Part shown: piece by piece, positions 34,060-46,038 of the stretch
Layout: every line of letters starts with the position of its first letter
How positions within the stretch are numbered: position 1 is the stretch's first letter
Source of the DNA: Gammaproteobacteria bacterium
Lineage (GTDB): Bacteria > Pseudomonadota > Gammaproteobacteria > Eutrophobiales > Eutrophobiaceae
Length of the DNA: 64,000 bases
Assembly (NCBI GenBank): GCA_965238225.1
Contig: OZ250183.1
Span: forward strand, 1,280,001-1,344,000
Reading direction: 5' to 3'
Made by a program: the position numbers and the translations under genes
Notes under the pieces: generated by a model
The model's input: only the letters and a program-made list of their open reading frames with translations
Told to the model about the DNA's origin: nothing
Databases searched by the model: none

Positions 34060-34411
34060 AGAGAGTATTGAACAAGATGATGCCGACTGTCGCCAAACGA
34101 GATGCTTGAATAGAAAAATTAATCAGATAATCCAGAATTTCTTAACCAAAACTCGGCACAAAATGATTGAATATAAACTCTTGGATAATTGCACTGAAAT
34201 CCTTAAATATAGGTAAATTACTGAAAAAACAATATCACAACGATAAGTGGTACTAGTGACAGTAGTGTCGTATAAGCTAATGAAGAGGCAGACTTTATGG
34301 TGCGTCCAACGTAAAACTTCTGAAAAACATAACGGGCAAAACAAAAAGCCAAACCGCATTAAGCTTGATGACAGAAAATAAATAACTGGCAGGTTTGTTT
34401 TTTAATGACAT
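34060..34411 (-). pseudogene. yihY/BrkB-family membrane protein, 5' fragment
   Basis: SASSLAYTTLLSLVPL...IQEFIFNHFVPSFG*EILDYLINFSIQASRLATVG, the YihY N-terminal signature, with frameshifts and a stop. Confidence 0.85.
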
Positions 34412-34478
34412 ACTTTGAATCTTTGTCTATGCTTTGCCCGTTCATAAAAAAATATTCATAAAAAATTAAGGAATTACT

Positions 34479-34826
34479 ATGGTAGCCACAATATATCATA
34501 ATCCCCGTTGTTCAAAATCAAGACAAACACTGAAAATCCTCAACGCACAAAATATAGATGTAAAAATCATTGAATACCTAAAGGCCGGTACGAATGCCAA
34601 GACTTTAAAGAAAATATTATCTTATTTAAATATCCCTGCCCGCGACCTCTTACGCAAGGGCGAGAGCGCCTACAAAAAGAATGGTCTTGATGATGTACAT
34701 CTATCCGAGAATGAGATAATTAAAGCAATGGTAAATTACCCTATATTGATCGAACGACCCATAGTAGTAGCGAATAATAAGGCAGTTATAGGTAGACCAC
34801 CGGAAAATATCCTTAATATTCTTTAA
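34479..34826 (+). CDS. arsC: ArsC family reductase
   Basis: YHNPRCSKSR, LIERPIV and IGRPPE. Confidence 0.93.
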   Translation: MVATIYHNPRCSKSRQTLKILNAQNIDVKIIEYLKAGTNAKTLKKILSYLNIPARDLLRKGESAYKKNGLDDVHLSENEIIKAMVNYPILIERPIVVANNKAVIGRPPENILNIL

Positions 34827-34844
34827 GAAGAATATAGAATTTGA

Positions 34845-36145
<1,301 letters not shown>

Positions 36146-36158
36146 AAATTTGTATCAT

Positions 36159-37211
36159 TCACAATGTATGGAGATTGCTTTCTAAATAGCTTTCACGGAC
36201 ATGTCGTAACAAAACCGCTATCACTGCTGCCACTGGTAATGCTATCAAAATACCCACAAATCCGAATAACTGCCCGCAAGCCATGACTGCAAAAATTACT
36301 GTGACAGGATGTAGACCAATTCTATCGCCAATCAATAACGGCGACAAAACCAGACTCTCAAACGCTTGCCCGACACCAAAGACAAACAGAATATATATCA
36401 TGTGAATCGTGTCGTGAAATTGCATGAATCCAGCGATACCAGCAACGCCAAAACCAACGATAAAACCGAGATAAGGTATAAAGCTAAGCAATCCTGCCAG
36501 CATGCCGATTAACAAAGAAAACTCCAGACCAACTATCCATAAACCTATGGTATAGAAAATTGCCTGCGCCAACATTACTAAGAACTGCCCGCGCATAAAT
36601 TCAGCCAATACTTCATCACACTGTCGTGCTAATTTTCTGACTAACTGCTGGTAAGATCTTGGGATCAATTCCTGTACTTTACCTATAAGAATATCCCAGT
36701 CCTTAAGTAAATAGAAAGTGACCACAGGAATCAAGGTAAGGTAGGTAGCCCATATCACAACTAACCGGACAGACTGGCTCAGTTTAATCAATAAGCGACT
36801 CATAATGCCGCTTATATCTTTTATATTGTTGGTGAAGACTTCTTTAATAACACCTAAATCAGGAGTGCTGGGATATAAACCTAATGTGTCAGATAAACGT
36901 GGCAAAATACTTTCCTCTATCCAGCTTATGAATTGGGGAAATCTTGTGGCCAGCACGGTAACCTGTCGTTCTAACTGAGGTAATATGAAGAGTAATAAAA
37001 TTAAACCACACAATATCATTACGGCAAACACAACACAAATAGATAATAGTCGTGAAAGACCAGTTTTTTCTAGACGTAAAACAATGGGTTCACCGAGATA
37101 AGCGAGTAATGCACCAACGATAAATGGCATCAATATAGGCGATAAAAGATACAGCAACCACGCTAAAAAAACGGTACTTCCGAAGATCAGCCATTTTTGT
37201 AAATCACTCAT
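36159..37211 (-). CDS. AI-2E family transporter
   Basis: Multi-TM, with FYLLKDW, FMRGQ, FIPYLG and IGLHPV. Confidence 0.92.
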   Translation of the reverse strand: MSDLQKWLIFGSTVFLAWLLYLLSPILMPFIVGALLAYLGEPIVLRLEKTGLSRLLSICVVFAVMILCGLILLLFILPQLERQVTVLATRFPQFISWIEESILPRLSDTLGLYPSTPDLGVIKEVFTNNIKDISGIMSRLLIKLSQSVRLVVIWATYLTLIPVVTFYLLKDWDILIGKVQELIPRSYQQLVRKLARQCDEVLAEFMRGQFLVMLAQAIFYTIGLWIVGLEFSLLIGMLAGLLSFIPYLGFIVGFGVAGIAGFMQFHDTIHMIYILFVFGVGQAFESLVLSPLLIGDRIGLHPVTVIFAVMACGQLFGFVGILIALPVAAVIAVLLRHVRESYLESNLHTL

Positions 37212-37238
37212 ACGTCTGCCCCTAATTGGTATATATTC

Positions 37239-38297
37239 CTATTGCACCAGTCGGTAACTACTTTCGCTAATCTGTTTTAATATCTGCCCCAAATTGACTG
37301 TCTTTGATATTGCCGAAACATCTGCCTCCATTGTCAAAAAATAAATGACATTATCTTGATTGACTTCCTTTACTTCAACTTTAGTCACTGAATTTAGCGA
37401 CTCAAGATAATTCAGTACCTTCAAATATTGATTATAATTAGTAATATTATTGACAATAATTTCTATCTCTCCTGACTGCGTATAGGTGCCCACATGACCA
37501 TATTGCTCTGCCAATATATCTGCCAAACCATCAAGACCTTCAAAAATTACTATTTCTGCTAACGCTCCTTTTGTCACCCAAGTGAATACGTGCTTATCAA
37601 TATAGGCTGTCCAGCGCGCCTGCCATGATTTTAAAGAAATATTTTCAAGCCTACCCGTTAACACAGTGTCAGCATTATATCGTCTTGATGCAGTCAGTAT
37701 TGGTTTTTGAAAACCACCCCAGATATCACTGAAATGCAATTGATTGGTATCCTCAAGATCAAGCAGGGGATGAACCAGAACAATACCTCTATTCTTTGCC
37801 TGAACTTCCATTGTCTCCACGTAATTTGCAACATTGTACGCTGTAACATCACCTGAACTAGGCAATCGTCTGCCAGTATTATCGCTTACTGCCAACCAGA
37901 CCAAGGTTGAAGGACGTTCTCTGCCCCATTTCTGGATCGTTGCCTCATGCAACACCTTGTCCAGAGATGCGCTATTAAATTTGACCCATATATAAAGTTT
38001 ACTGCCACCCTTTTCTGCATTTGTTCGGTATTCGAACTGTTGTACATATTGCTCTGCATTAAGCAACAATGCAGTTACTTCATTGCGGAAAGGAACATAA
38101 CGATCACCTGTTAGTTTTGCCAGCACAACACGTAACGCAGCAGCTATATTCTTTTTCCTGCTAATTTCCGTCTGCTCAGATACGGCAATCTCAGCCTCAT
38201 ATAATCCAGATACTACAACAGCCTGCAACACAGAAGGAAAGAACAATGTCGAATTAAAAAATATTATTGTAAAGATATAATCTGAGAATTTTTTCAT
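37239..38297 (-). CDS. DUF2066 family periplasmic protein
   Basis: Signal peptide, LYEAEI, VLAKLTG, WGRERPSTLVW and PLLDLED. Divergent from purM as is usual for this family. Confidence 0.85.
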   Translation of the reverse strand: MKKFSDYIFTIIFFNSTLFFPSVLQAVVVSGLYEAEIAVSEQTEISRKKNIAAALRVVLAKLTGDRYVPFRNEVTALLLNAEQYVQQFEYRTNAEKGGSKLYIWVKFNSASLDKVLHEATIQKWGRERPSTLVWLAVSDNTGRRLPSSGDVTAYNVANYVETMEVQAKNRGIVLVHPLLDLEDTNQLHFSDIWGGFQKPILTASRRYNADTVLTGRLENISLKSWQARWTAYIDKHVFTWVTKGALAEIVIFEGLDGLADILAEQYGHVGTYTQSGEIEIIVNNITNYNQYLKVLNYLESLNSVTKVEVKEVNQDNVIYFLTMEADVSAISKTVNLGQILKQISESSYRLVQ

Positions 38298-38414
38298 AGG
38301 ACGCACGCTATTGAAGAGCCTGTCACAAGTCAAGAACTAACATCCTTAACAATCTAAACAAAGGAAATATGTTGGGGTATTGCGATGTAAGCTACTCCCA
38401 GATACCATTGCCGC

Positions 38415-39461
38415 TTGAATAACAAGAAATCAAAAAAACTTAGCTATCAGGATGCTGGTGTCAATATTAGTCTTGGAAATCGACTGGTAGATCGGATTAA
38501 ACCATCGGCTTCATCCACCCATAACAAGGGTGTTATGGGAAATCTTGGCGGTTTTGGTGCGCTTTTTGACATTGGTGCCATGGATTATAAAGACCCAGTG
38601 CTGGTCTCAGCAACCGATGGGGTCGGCACCAAACTAAAACTCGCTATTGAGGTGAATCAACACGATACCATAGGCATTGATCTGGTATCGATGTGCGTCA
38701 ACGATGTCCTTGTTCAGGGTGCAGTTCCCTTATTTTTTCTGGATTATTTCGCCTGCGGGGAATTGGACGTTGACGCTGCAAGTGATGTGATAAATGGCAT
38801 CGCACGGGCTTGTAAGCTTGCAGACTGTGCCTTAATTGGTGGCGAAACAGCAGAAATGCCAGGTATGTATGCCAAGGGAGAATATGATCTTGCAGGTTTT
38901 TGTGTTGGTGCGGTCGAGCGCGCAGATATTATAGATGGCAGCACCGTTTCGCCTAGCGATACTTTAATAGGTATTGCCTCAAGTGGGTCGCATTCCAATG
39001 GTTATTCCCTCATTCGCAAAGTGCTTGAAGTCTCCAAGGACAAACTAACAACAAGATTTGAAGGTGGGACGCTCAAAAAAGCGCTCATGGAGCCAACAAA
39101 AATATATGTCGCGGCTATTAAGCAATTGTTTAATCACTGTAACGTGAAAGCCCTAGCTCATATTACAGGCGGCGGATTAACTGAAAATTTACCACGCGTT
39201 ATTCCTGATAATATTCAAGCTAATATAAATACTCAAAGCTGGGAGCTACCTGCTATTTTTAAGTGGTTGCAGAATGAGGGAAATATTGAAATACAAGAAA
39301 TGTACCGTACTTTCAACTGCGGTGTGGGCATGGTGATTTGCGTTTCGGACAAAGATAAAGATACAGCAATTAAATGCCTAGAAAAATCAAATGAAACTGC
39401 CTGGGAAATTGGTAAAGTTTGCATCAGACAAGAACAAGATGAGGCAATCCGCTTTCTTTAG
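38415..39461 (+). CDS. purM: Phosphoribosylformylglycinamidine cyclo-ligase
   Basis: [28 protein letters not shown] and TFNCGVG. Confidence 0.98.
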   Translation: MNNKKSKKLSYQDAGVNISLGNRLVDRIKPSASSTHNKGVMGNLGGFGALFDIGAMDYKDPVLVSATDGVGTKLKLAIEVNQHDTIGIDLVSMCVNDVLVQGAVPLFFLDYFACGELDVDAASDVINGIARACKLADCALIGGETAEMPGMYAKGEYDLAGFCVGAVERADIIDGSTVSPSDTLIGIASSGSHSNGYSLIRKVLEVSKDKLTTRFEGGTLKKALMEPTKIYVAAIKQLFNHCNVKALAHITGGGLTENLPRVIPDNIQANINTQSWELPAIFKWLQNEGNIEIQEMYRTFNCGVGMVICVSDKDKDTAIKCLEKSNETAWEIGKVCIRQEQDEAIRFL

Positions 39462-40219
39462 TCATTTTTATTTTTTGTTGCAGTCTCCTGTATCGCAGCC
39501 AAAAATCCCCTTAATATGCTCACTTCATTTTCATCAAGGTGTATGCGATTAAACAAAGATTTCAACCGTCGCATGAGTTTTCTCGGATATTCTGGATTTA
39601 AAAAACCAACGTCAATCATGCTGTGTTCTAGATGCTCGTAGAAATAAGTCATTTCATCTGTGGTCGCTAATCTTGTTTTTTCTTTATCATCTACATCAGG
39701 CTCAGCATTTTCTTCTAAATCTGCCTGTAGATACTGAGTAAACTCATAACACAGTACCTGTACTGCTGATGCCACATTCAGGGAACTAAACTCAGGATTT
39801 GCTGGTATCTGCAAAATACTATTGCAGCATTCCAGCTCTTCATTACTAAGCCCAGAACTTTCCCGACCAAAAATCAAGGCCACTCGACCAAGTTTTAATA
39901 GTTTAGATAATTTTGGTGCGTATTCACGGGGAGTGAACACGGAATGCGAAATAGAACGATATCTAGCTGTAGTTGCGACCGCTGCAACACATCCTGCTAA
40001 AGCCTCTGCAAGCGAATTGCAAATAACTGCTTTACTTAGAATATCATCCGCACCAGCGGCACGTGCTATGGACTCGGCATTAAGATGAACTGTTGGTTTT
40101 ACAAGGTAGAGGTGATTGCATCCCATTGTCTTCATTGCACGCGCAGCAGCGCCAATATTGCCAGGATGCGTGGTTTCTACCATCACCACCCTGATATTCT
40201 CTATTAAATTTCTAATCAT
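39458..40219 (-). CDS. trmJ: tRNA (C32/U32) 2'-O-methyltransferase
   Basis: [24 protein letters not shown] and SSLNVA. Confidence 0.93.
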   Translation of the reverse strand: MIRNLIENIRVVMVETTHPGNIGAAARAMKTMGCNHLYLVKPTVHLNAESIARAAGADDILSKAVICNSLAEALAGCVAAVATTARYRSISHSVFTPREYAPKLSKLLKLGRVALIFGRESSGLSNEELECCNSILQIPANPEFSSLNVASAVQVLCYEFTQYLQADLEENAEPDVDDKEKTRLATTDEMTYFYEHLEHSMIDVGFLNPEYPRKLMRRLKSLFNRIHLDENEVSILRGFLAAIQETATKNKND

Positions 40220-40351
40220 TCACAAATTTCCAGATTTTTACTTCATAATAACCCGCTGGGGCAATTCTCCAGTGTTGCATTGCTCAGTATTCCTTTAAAA
40301 TGGTTATTATTCATCCTTAAATATTATTTTATTAGTTTTTCGGAGTCATCT

Positions 40352-41149
40352 ATGAGCCCCATGCTCAATATCGCAATTCGTGCTGCGCGCGCCGCAGGAG
40401 ATGTGATTATACGACAAATTGATTATGTGCAGGATTTACCAATCATTGAAAAAGGCAGAAATGACTTTGTCACTAAAGTCGACAAACATGCTGAAATAGC
40501 CATTATTGACATACTCCGCAAGGCATATCCCGATCATGCTTTTTTGGCTGAAGAGAGTGGTCAACAAGGTAATAGCCCGTATTTATGGATCATAGACCCC
40601 TTAGACGGCACTACAAACTATCTGCACGGTTTTCCACAATATGCGGTTTCGATTGCACTGCAATACCGAGACAAACTTGTGCAAGCAGTTGTGTATGATC
40701 CTTTGCGACAGGAATTATTTACCGCAAGCGGCGGTGAAGGAGCGATGCTAAATAACAAACGCATACGCGTTAGTAAGCAAAAAAATCTAGGGGGTGCATT
40801 GCTTGGTACTGGCTTTCCCTTCAAACAACAGCAACGCCTAGATGAATATCTCAGTTCTTTCAAAGTCCTGTTTCCGATGACATCAGGCATTCGTCGAGCA
40901 GGGGCTGCAGCACTTGATCTTGCTTACATTGCCTGTGGCAGACTTGATGGTTTCTGGGAACTGGGATTAAAACCTTGGGACATGGCCGCTGGGGTATTGC
41001 TTATTCAAGAGGCAGGCGGGTTCGTCAGTGATTTGTATGGCGAAGATACTTATCTACAGAACGGAGATATTATCGCGGCCAATCCAAAAATACATCACGA
41101 AATACTGAATATTATAAATAACCAGCGAACAAGCAGCTTGCATTCTTAA
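40352..41149 (+). CDS. suhB: Inositol monophosphatase family protein
   Basis: WIIDPLDGTTNY, RRAGAAALDL and WDMAAG. ATG at 40352 follows GGAG. Confidence 0.95.
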   Translation: MSPMLNIAIRAARAAGDVIIRQIDYVQDLPIIEKGRNDFVTKVDKHAEIAIIDILRKAYPDHAFLAEESGQQGNSPYLWIIDPLDGTTNYLHGFPQYAVSIALQYRDKLVQAVVYDPLRQELFTASGGEGAMLNNKRIRVSKQKNLGGALLGTGFPFKQQQRLDEYLSSFKVLFPMTSGIRRAGAAALDLAYIACGRLDGFWELGLKPWDMAAGVLLIQEAGGFVSDLYGEDTYLQNGDIIAANPKIHHEILNIINNQRTSSLHS

Positions 41150-41289
41150 ACTATCAATCACCGATAGAATTTTCAGGATGCCAGACAGCAGTTTATTAGC
41201 ATACTTACACCTAAGGTAAAGAATATTATACTGGGTATTACAGGTCAAAAATGACATGGCATGCAATATGACCCGTAGCTAAAACCAGC

Positions 41290-41483
41290 TTAAAACTCCT
41301 CATCATGTTCGCAATCTTTGTGTAGGCGGTGGCTAGCTATGCTTTTTTGACCTAATTTTGGCAGGCTTGCACTACTACTGAGATCAAGATACCAATAATT
41401 GCAACCACGATCATTAGCTCGATCAGGCTAAAACCCCGCTAATTATATTTACGTTGCACTTTCAAGTTTTTTCTGAACCCCAT
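41290..41483 (-). pseudogene. Type IV pilin remnant
   Basis: RGFSLIELMIVVAIIGILISV (prepilin cleavage/N-methylation motif), flanked by in-frame stops. Confidence 0.85.
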
Positions 41484-41588
41484 ATTCAAATATTTATTTT
41501 ACTAATGTTTAACTTAAATAATTTCAATGATTCCTGACTTAACTACTCAAAAAGATATATATCAGGAAGTCGGAAATACATACAACGC

Positions 41589-42434
41589 CTACAGTGTGTC
41601 AAATAATTCTTCGCACTTTGCCGGGATTGAATTAAATCTCGAAGGGTAGCCATTAATCAATTCCGAGAGTACATTTTCCATGGAAGCATCATTAGTATCA
41701 CCCATAACATTAACCCATATGATAGATTGATCTTGATGATATGGCACAACAATTGGTTTATAACCAATGCTTTTTAATTCATTTAATCTATTATTTACCG
41801 CTGATTGAGTTGAGAACAAACCAAGCGAAATTGAATTCTGCAAATTTCCCTTTTTAATAAGTTGATAATCTTGCACACCCTTACCTTTTAAATCTTCAAT
41901 GGCTGCCATCGCATCTTCTTCTGACTCGCTAGCAGAGAGGTATACCCAAAACATCTGATTTTGTTTACCATCTTCGGCTTTTTGATTTGTATGAATTTTT
42001 CTTTTCTCCAACCATCTGCTTAGTTCATCTGCCTGTTTCCTTTTAGCAAAAGGTCCAAAAGAAATACAGAATATTTTTTCTGCCTCAAATTCTTTAGTAT
42101 TATTGATGGAAAAATCAGGAAGATTAGAAACCAGTTTATCAATCACCTTTTTTTCGATCATTACATCACCATACTCCATCATTGAAACAATATTTTGCAA
42201 AGGGTTTATTTTATCAAAATGCTCATCTTTAGTTTTATTTTCTTGCTCAAGAGAATTTTCATCTATTGCGTCAGAGTTATGTTTAAGCTCCTTTAGAAGT
42301 TCAAGCTTTGGTACATCGGCAAAAATTTTAAGTGGCCTAGATAAATTCTTAACTTCAATGTACGTTTGCCTGTCAAGCTCCCACCCAAAGTAACAAACAT
42401 TAAGTAATAAAAAAATAATAAATAGCCATTTCAT
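41589..42434 (-). CDS. SPOR domain membrane-anchored protein
   Basis: MKWLFIIFLLLNV anchor, C.SFGPF and NSISLGLFS. Standard position downstream of coaX. Confidence 0.82.
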   Translation of the reverse strand: MKWLFIIFLLLNVCYFGWELDRQTYIEVKNLSRPLKIFADVPKLELLKELKHNSDAIDENSLEQENKTKDEHFDKINPLQNIVSMMEYGDVMIEKKVIDKLVSNLPDFSINNTKEFEAEKIFCISFGPFAKRKQADELSRWLEKRKIHTNQKAEDGKQNQMFWVYLSASESEEDAMAAIEDLKGKGVQDYQLIKKGNLQNSISLGLFSTQSAVNNRLNELKSIGYKPIVVPYHQDQSIIWVNVMGDTNDASMENVLSELINGYPSRFNSIPAKCEELFDTL

Positions 42435-43207
42435 TGCGTCTTACCAGAAAATATAGCCAACCCATGCAATACCAGCTTGGGCTCATATTCAAATTTTTCT
42501 GCAAGTTTTTGAATAAGTAGCTCGGCATTACCTCCAGTAATAATGCAATTTATCTGCTTTCCATACTTATTTTGCATTGTAATAAATATTCTATCTATTA
42601 TTGAAAGCGTTGCTAAGTAACAGCCACTATGAACACCTTCTTCCGTAGAGTTTGAAAAATTGGTTGACGGCAGTATTGTTTTTGATGAAAGGGTCGAAGC
42701 TATCTTTATAGCAGAGGTCTTATCTACGAGGGTTTCTTGCATGAGCTCAAATCCTGGAATAATGAATCCCCCCAGATGTTGGCCAGATTCTGATATGCCA
42801 TCTATAGTCGTAGCTGTGCCACAATCTACAACACATACAGGTCTTTTCTCGTGGCAAAATCTTTGCCACGCGGCGATCATTGCCATCCAACGATCAGTGC
42901 CCAAATCTGAATAGATTGAATACGCATTCCTAACGCCACAACTAAACGCTTCCGTTTTTGCATATTCTGTTTTTATTTGCCACACCTGCAAAACCCATAT
43001 ATCTATGATTTCTGCTATGTTCTGATTTGAGACATTAGAAATTACAACTCTATCTGGTGACTCAAGATGACTCCAATGTTCAGAAAAGAGAGCGGGCAAT
43101 TCTAAATTATCGTAAAACATTGCGCCATCTAAACCAAATTTATTCTCTACACTATTATAGAGACACCATTTAATTCTACTATTACCAATATCAATCAGAA
43201 GATTCAC
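42431..43207 (-). CDS. coaX: Type III pantothenate kinase
   Basis: IDIGNSRIK, LGTDRW, VDCGTATTID, GGFIIPG and TGGNA. Confidence 0.95.
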   Translation of the reverse strand: MNLLIDIGNSRIKWCLYNSVENKFGLDGAMFYDNLELPALFSEHWSHLESPDRVVISNVSNQNIAEIIDIWVLQVWQIKTEYAKTEAFSCGVRNAYSIYSDLGTDRWMAMIAAWQRFCHEKRPVCVVDCGTATTIDGISESGQHLGGFIIPGFELMQETLVDKTSAIKIASTLSSKTILPSTNFSNSTEEGVHSGCYLATLSIIDRIFITMQNKYGKQINCIITGGNAELLIQKLAEKFEYEPKLVLHGLAIFSGKTQ

Positions 43208-44181
43208 GATTCTGCTCGTAAACTTATTTCGCCTGCAGTAAATTTTCTTATACTACCATTAACTGACATAAGTAAGGCACCATCATTATCAACCCCGATG
43301 ACCTGGCCAACGATTTCCTTACCTGGTAAAATCAATTTCACTCGCTTTGTGCTCATACAATCATATTCTTGCCATTCTCTAACGATATGCTCAACCTTAT
43401 TATCCATATAACTGTCTAGTAATAACATTAGCTCAGAGATTAATTTTGCAGCAATAATATTGCGTGAAGGAAATGAATCTTTAATACTAGCAAGGTCTAT
43501 CCATGGCTGATTGATACTGCCTTTAAAGTCAGGTGGGAACACTATGTTCAAACCTAGACCTATCACTACATCGCAGGAACCTGCTGCCTCTCCCTTGGTT
43601 TCAATCAACAAACCGCCGAGCTTTTTGTCCTGAAAAAAAATATCGTTTGGCCATTTCAGGCCAATGCCTTCAAAACCTAATTTTTCTAACACTCTGATGC
43701 TTGCACAGCCAACTGCAAGCGATAGACATGTTGGTGAGTCTACTGGCTGTTCAAAATGCCATCGTGCTGACAGGCTAAGTCCTGAACCAAAGGGTGAAAC
43801 CCATGGATTTCCTCGTCTACCTCGACCGTGCGATTGATACTCAGCAAGAACTACATTTCCGTATTTTTCTGAAACTTGCAGATTTTCCAAAAGATATTGA
43901 TTCGTCGATTCAATTTCTTCAAATATTTCAAGTTTACTTAGAATTTTTGCTGCAGATAAATTGATTTCTGCAAGTAATATTTCCTTGTCCAGAAATTCTA
44001 TCGACCTTGATAGGCGATATCCTGTTCCTTTCACCGCAATAATTGTCACTCCATAATAACTCAAAGCATTAATCATCTTCCAGATTGCTGTACGTGACAC
44101 GCCTAATGTATTACCAAGCTCTTCGCCTGAATGAAACTCGCCATCTGCGATTAATCTCAATAATGTAATTCGATCATGCAA
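43204..44181 (-). CDS. birA: Bifunctional biotin ligase / repressor
   Basis: HTH SGEELG...SRTAIWK, STNQYL, GRGRRG, KWPND and KLGG. Confidence 0.97.
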   Translation of the reverse strand: MHDRITLLRLIADGEFHSGEELGNTLGVSRTAIWKMINALSYYGVTIIAVKGTGYRLSRSIEFLDKEILLAEINLSAAKILSKLEIFEEIESTNQYLLENLQVSEKYGNVVLAEYQSHGRGRRGNPWVSPFGSGLSLSARWHFEQPVDSPTCLSLAVGCASIRVLEKLGFEGIGLKWPNDIFFQDKKLGGLLIETKGEAAGSCDVVIGLGLNIVFPPDFKGSINQPWIDLASIKDSFPSRNIIAAKLISELMLLLDSYMDNKVEHIVREWQEYDCMSTKRVKLILPGKEIVGQVIGVDNDGALLMSVNGSIRKFTAGEISLRAES

Positions 44182-44291
44182 TAGCTTATGCTTAAATTTT
44201 ATTTAATCGAACAGGTGTTACTAAAATGGGTTTTATTTACTGACAGTATAATTTTGCATAGCAACAATAAATATTAAGATCCATAACGATT

Positions 44292-45923
44292 TTAATCTTG
44301 TTTTGAAGACTCATTAGGATGAATCGTCGCATCATCGCTACCATCATAATCTTCCTTGATATCTTCTCTATCATTACCATCTGAATCATTATCATCTAGC
44401 ATGGTAGTTTCATCACTGCCTTCAGGATCATCAAAAACTGTACCAGTAACATCAAAATTAGAATCCTCGCTGGGTAATTCAGTATCATCAGAACTCTCTG
44501 ATAGGAGGCTTGTGTCCGATGTCAGAATCTCTGCCTCAACGCTTGAAGTGTCTTGGCTTGCTATGATTGTCTCTCCTGTATCTGCCATCTCCGGCATGAC
44601 AAACCCAAATTTAACATTGTGCAATTGAATTATGTCGCCATGTTTTAATCGGACTTCTGAACTCACTGCCTTACCGTTTACAGAAGTTCTATTAATACTC
44701 CCCTGATCAATAATCCAGTAGGAAAAATCCTTATATTCGATCAATGCATGACGACGCCCTATGGTTGTCTCGGGAATAACAAGATAATTCAAAAATTCGG
44801 TATCTTTACCAGCGATGCGCCCCAACATTGTCGGCTTGCTCCCTAACATAAAACTTGCTTGTCCAGTAACGTTATGAATATCATTCAGATACGCCTCTTG
44901 AACAATTTCTGCATTACGAGGTTTTGATTTACTGCCTCTTAGCAACACAAACACCATCATAACTACTGCCAAAATTAGCGCCGCCAAGGCAACCAGAGTG
45001 AGCATAGAACGCTTTCGCTCCGAATCATCGGCAAGTCGTGATACGGCTGCAGAAATTTCTGTGTCGGGAAATGTGGATAATGGCTCAATAATCCTTTCGA
45101 TAATTCTTTCTACAACTACTGACTGTGCAGGTTCTTCTGGTTCATCAGGATCATTTACCAAGGTAATCAGTTTATCAAACACCTGCTGCAGATCATCAGC
45201 TAACAGTACGCGATAATATTCGCCATCCGTATTTTGAGCTAGAGATTGAATCAGTTCAAAATCTGCATCCTCGGTAAATGCTATGCCAAAAATCCTGATA
45301 CGAGCATCCGCAGCATCCGCGCCCAAGTCTTCCCTAAGCCATCTTGTTTGTTCTATATCTCGATCTGCATTACCTGTATCAACAATACCGTCCGTCATAA
45401 AGATAATTACTTTCTTTGCTTCTTCTCTGGCGTTATTTTTCAATTCATAAATAGATTTTTCTATAGCGGCAGGACTATTTGTATGCAAGCCCTTGTAATC
45501 AATTTTTGTGAGACTCTCCAACAAACCTTGTCGTGACGATGATGAAATTTCTGTTAAAGGAACTACAACATGAACATCCTCATCAAAAATTACAATTGAA
45601 ACTCGTGCAGACTCATCAAGATTGTTGATAAATGTTTTAACAGCATATTTTGCTAGAAATTGAGGATCATTTTTCTTCATGCTGCCCGAGTTATCTAACA
45701 CCAAAATAATATCTTTGGGCAGATTGCTTGCGGTAGTACTCGAAGGTTCAGCTGTATCCGTTTCTGTATCTGCTGCAATTTCAGAAAGTACTGCAGAAAC
45801 CTCTGTCGCTTGCTGTTCAAGCATCTCTTGACCTGACTCTGCTTGAGACCAAGAAACGAAGCCAAACAAAAGGAAAATAATTGATAGATAATGATAAGTC
45901 ATAATATTGTTTAATATTATCAT
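44292..45923 (-). CDS. Membrane protein with periplasmic vWA domain, TM, cytoplasmic FHA domain and acidic tail
   Basis: Signal peptide, MIDAS LDNSGSM...T...MTDG, one TM, and FHA LGR...GRRHA...DQGSIN.T.VNG...LKHGDII. Confidence 0.85.
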   Translation of the reverse strand: MIILNNIMTYHYLSIIFLLFGFVSWSQAESGQEMLEQQATEVSAVLSEIAADTETDTAEPSSTTASNLPKDIILVLDNSGSMKKNDPQFLAKYAVKTFINNLDESARVSIVIFDEDVHVVVPLTEISSSSRQGLLESLTKIDYKGLHTNSPAAIEKSIYELKNNAREEAKKVIIFMTDGIVDTGNADRDIEQTRWLREDLGADAADARIRIFGIAFTEDADFELIQSLAQNTDGEYYRVLLADDLQQVFDKLITLVNDPDEPEEPAQSVVVERIIERIIEPLSTFPDTEISAAVSRLADDSERKRSMLTLVALAALILAVVMMVFVLLRGSKSKPRNAEIVQEAYLNDIHNVTGQASFMLGSKPTMLGRIAGKDTEFLNYLVIPETTIGRRHALIEYKDFSYWIIDQGSINRTSVNGKAVSSEVRLKHGDIIQLHNVKFGFVMPEMADTGETIIASQDTSSVEAEILTSDTSLLSESSDDTELPSEDSNFDVTGTVFDDPEGSDETTMLDDNDSDGNDREDIKEDYDGSDDATIHPNESSKQD

Positions 45924-46038
45924 TAGAATGCCTGATTATAAATAGCTTATTACGGTTTTTAATATTCTTTAACATCATAATGCTTTTTTAACATCATAAT
46001 GCCTTTATATTATATAGTATGATTTTCAGGTCATAATT

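Noticed and set aside
34123-34359. 78-aa ORF as a gene
   Set aside because: It is an off-frame reading of the yihY 5' pseudogene, whose motif lies in another frame.
41490-41590. tRNA gene after the birA-coaX-SPOR operon
   Set aside because: Only a short TTCCTGA/TCAGGAA inverted repeat is present, with no cloverleaf, T-loop or CCA.
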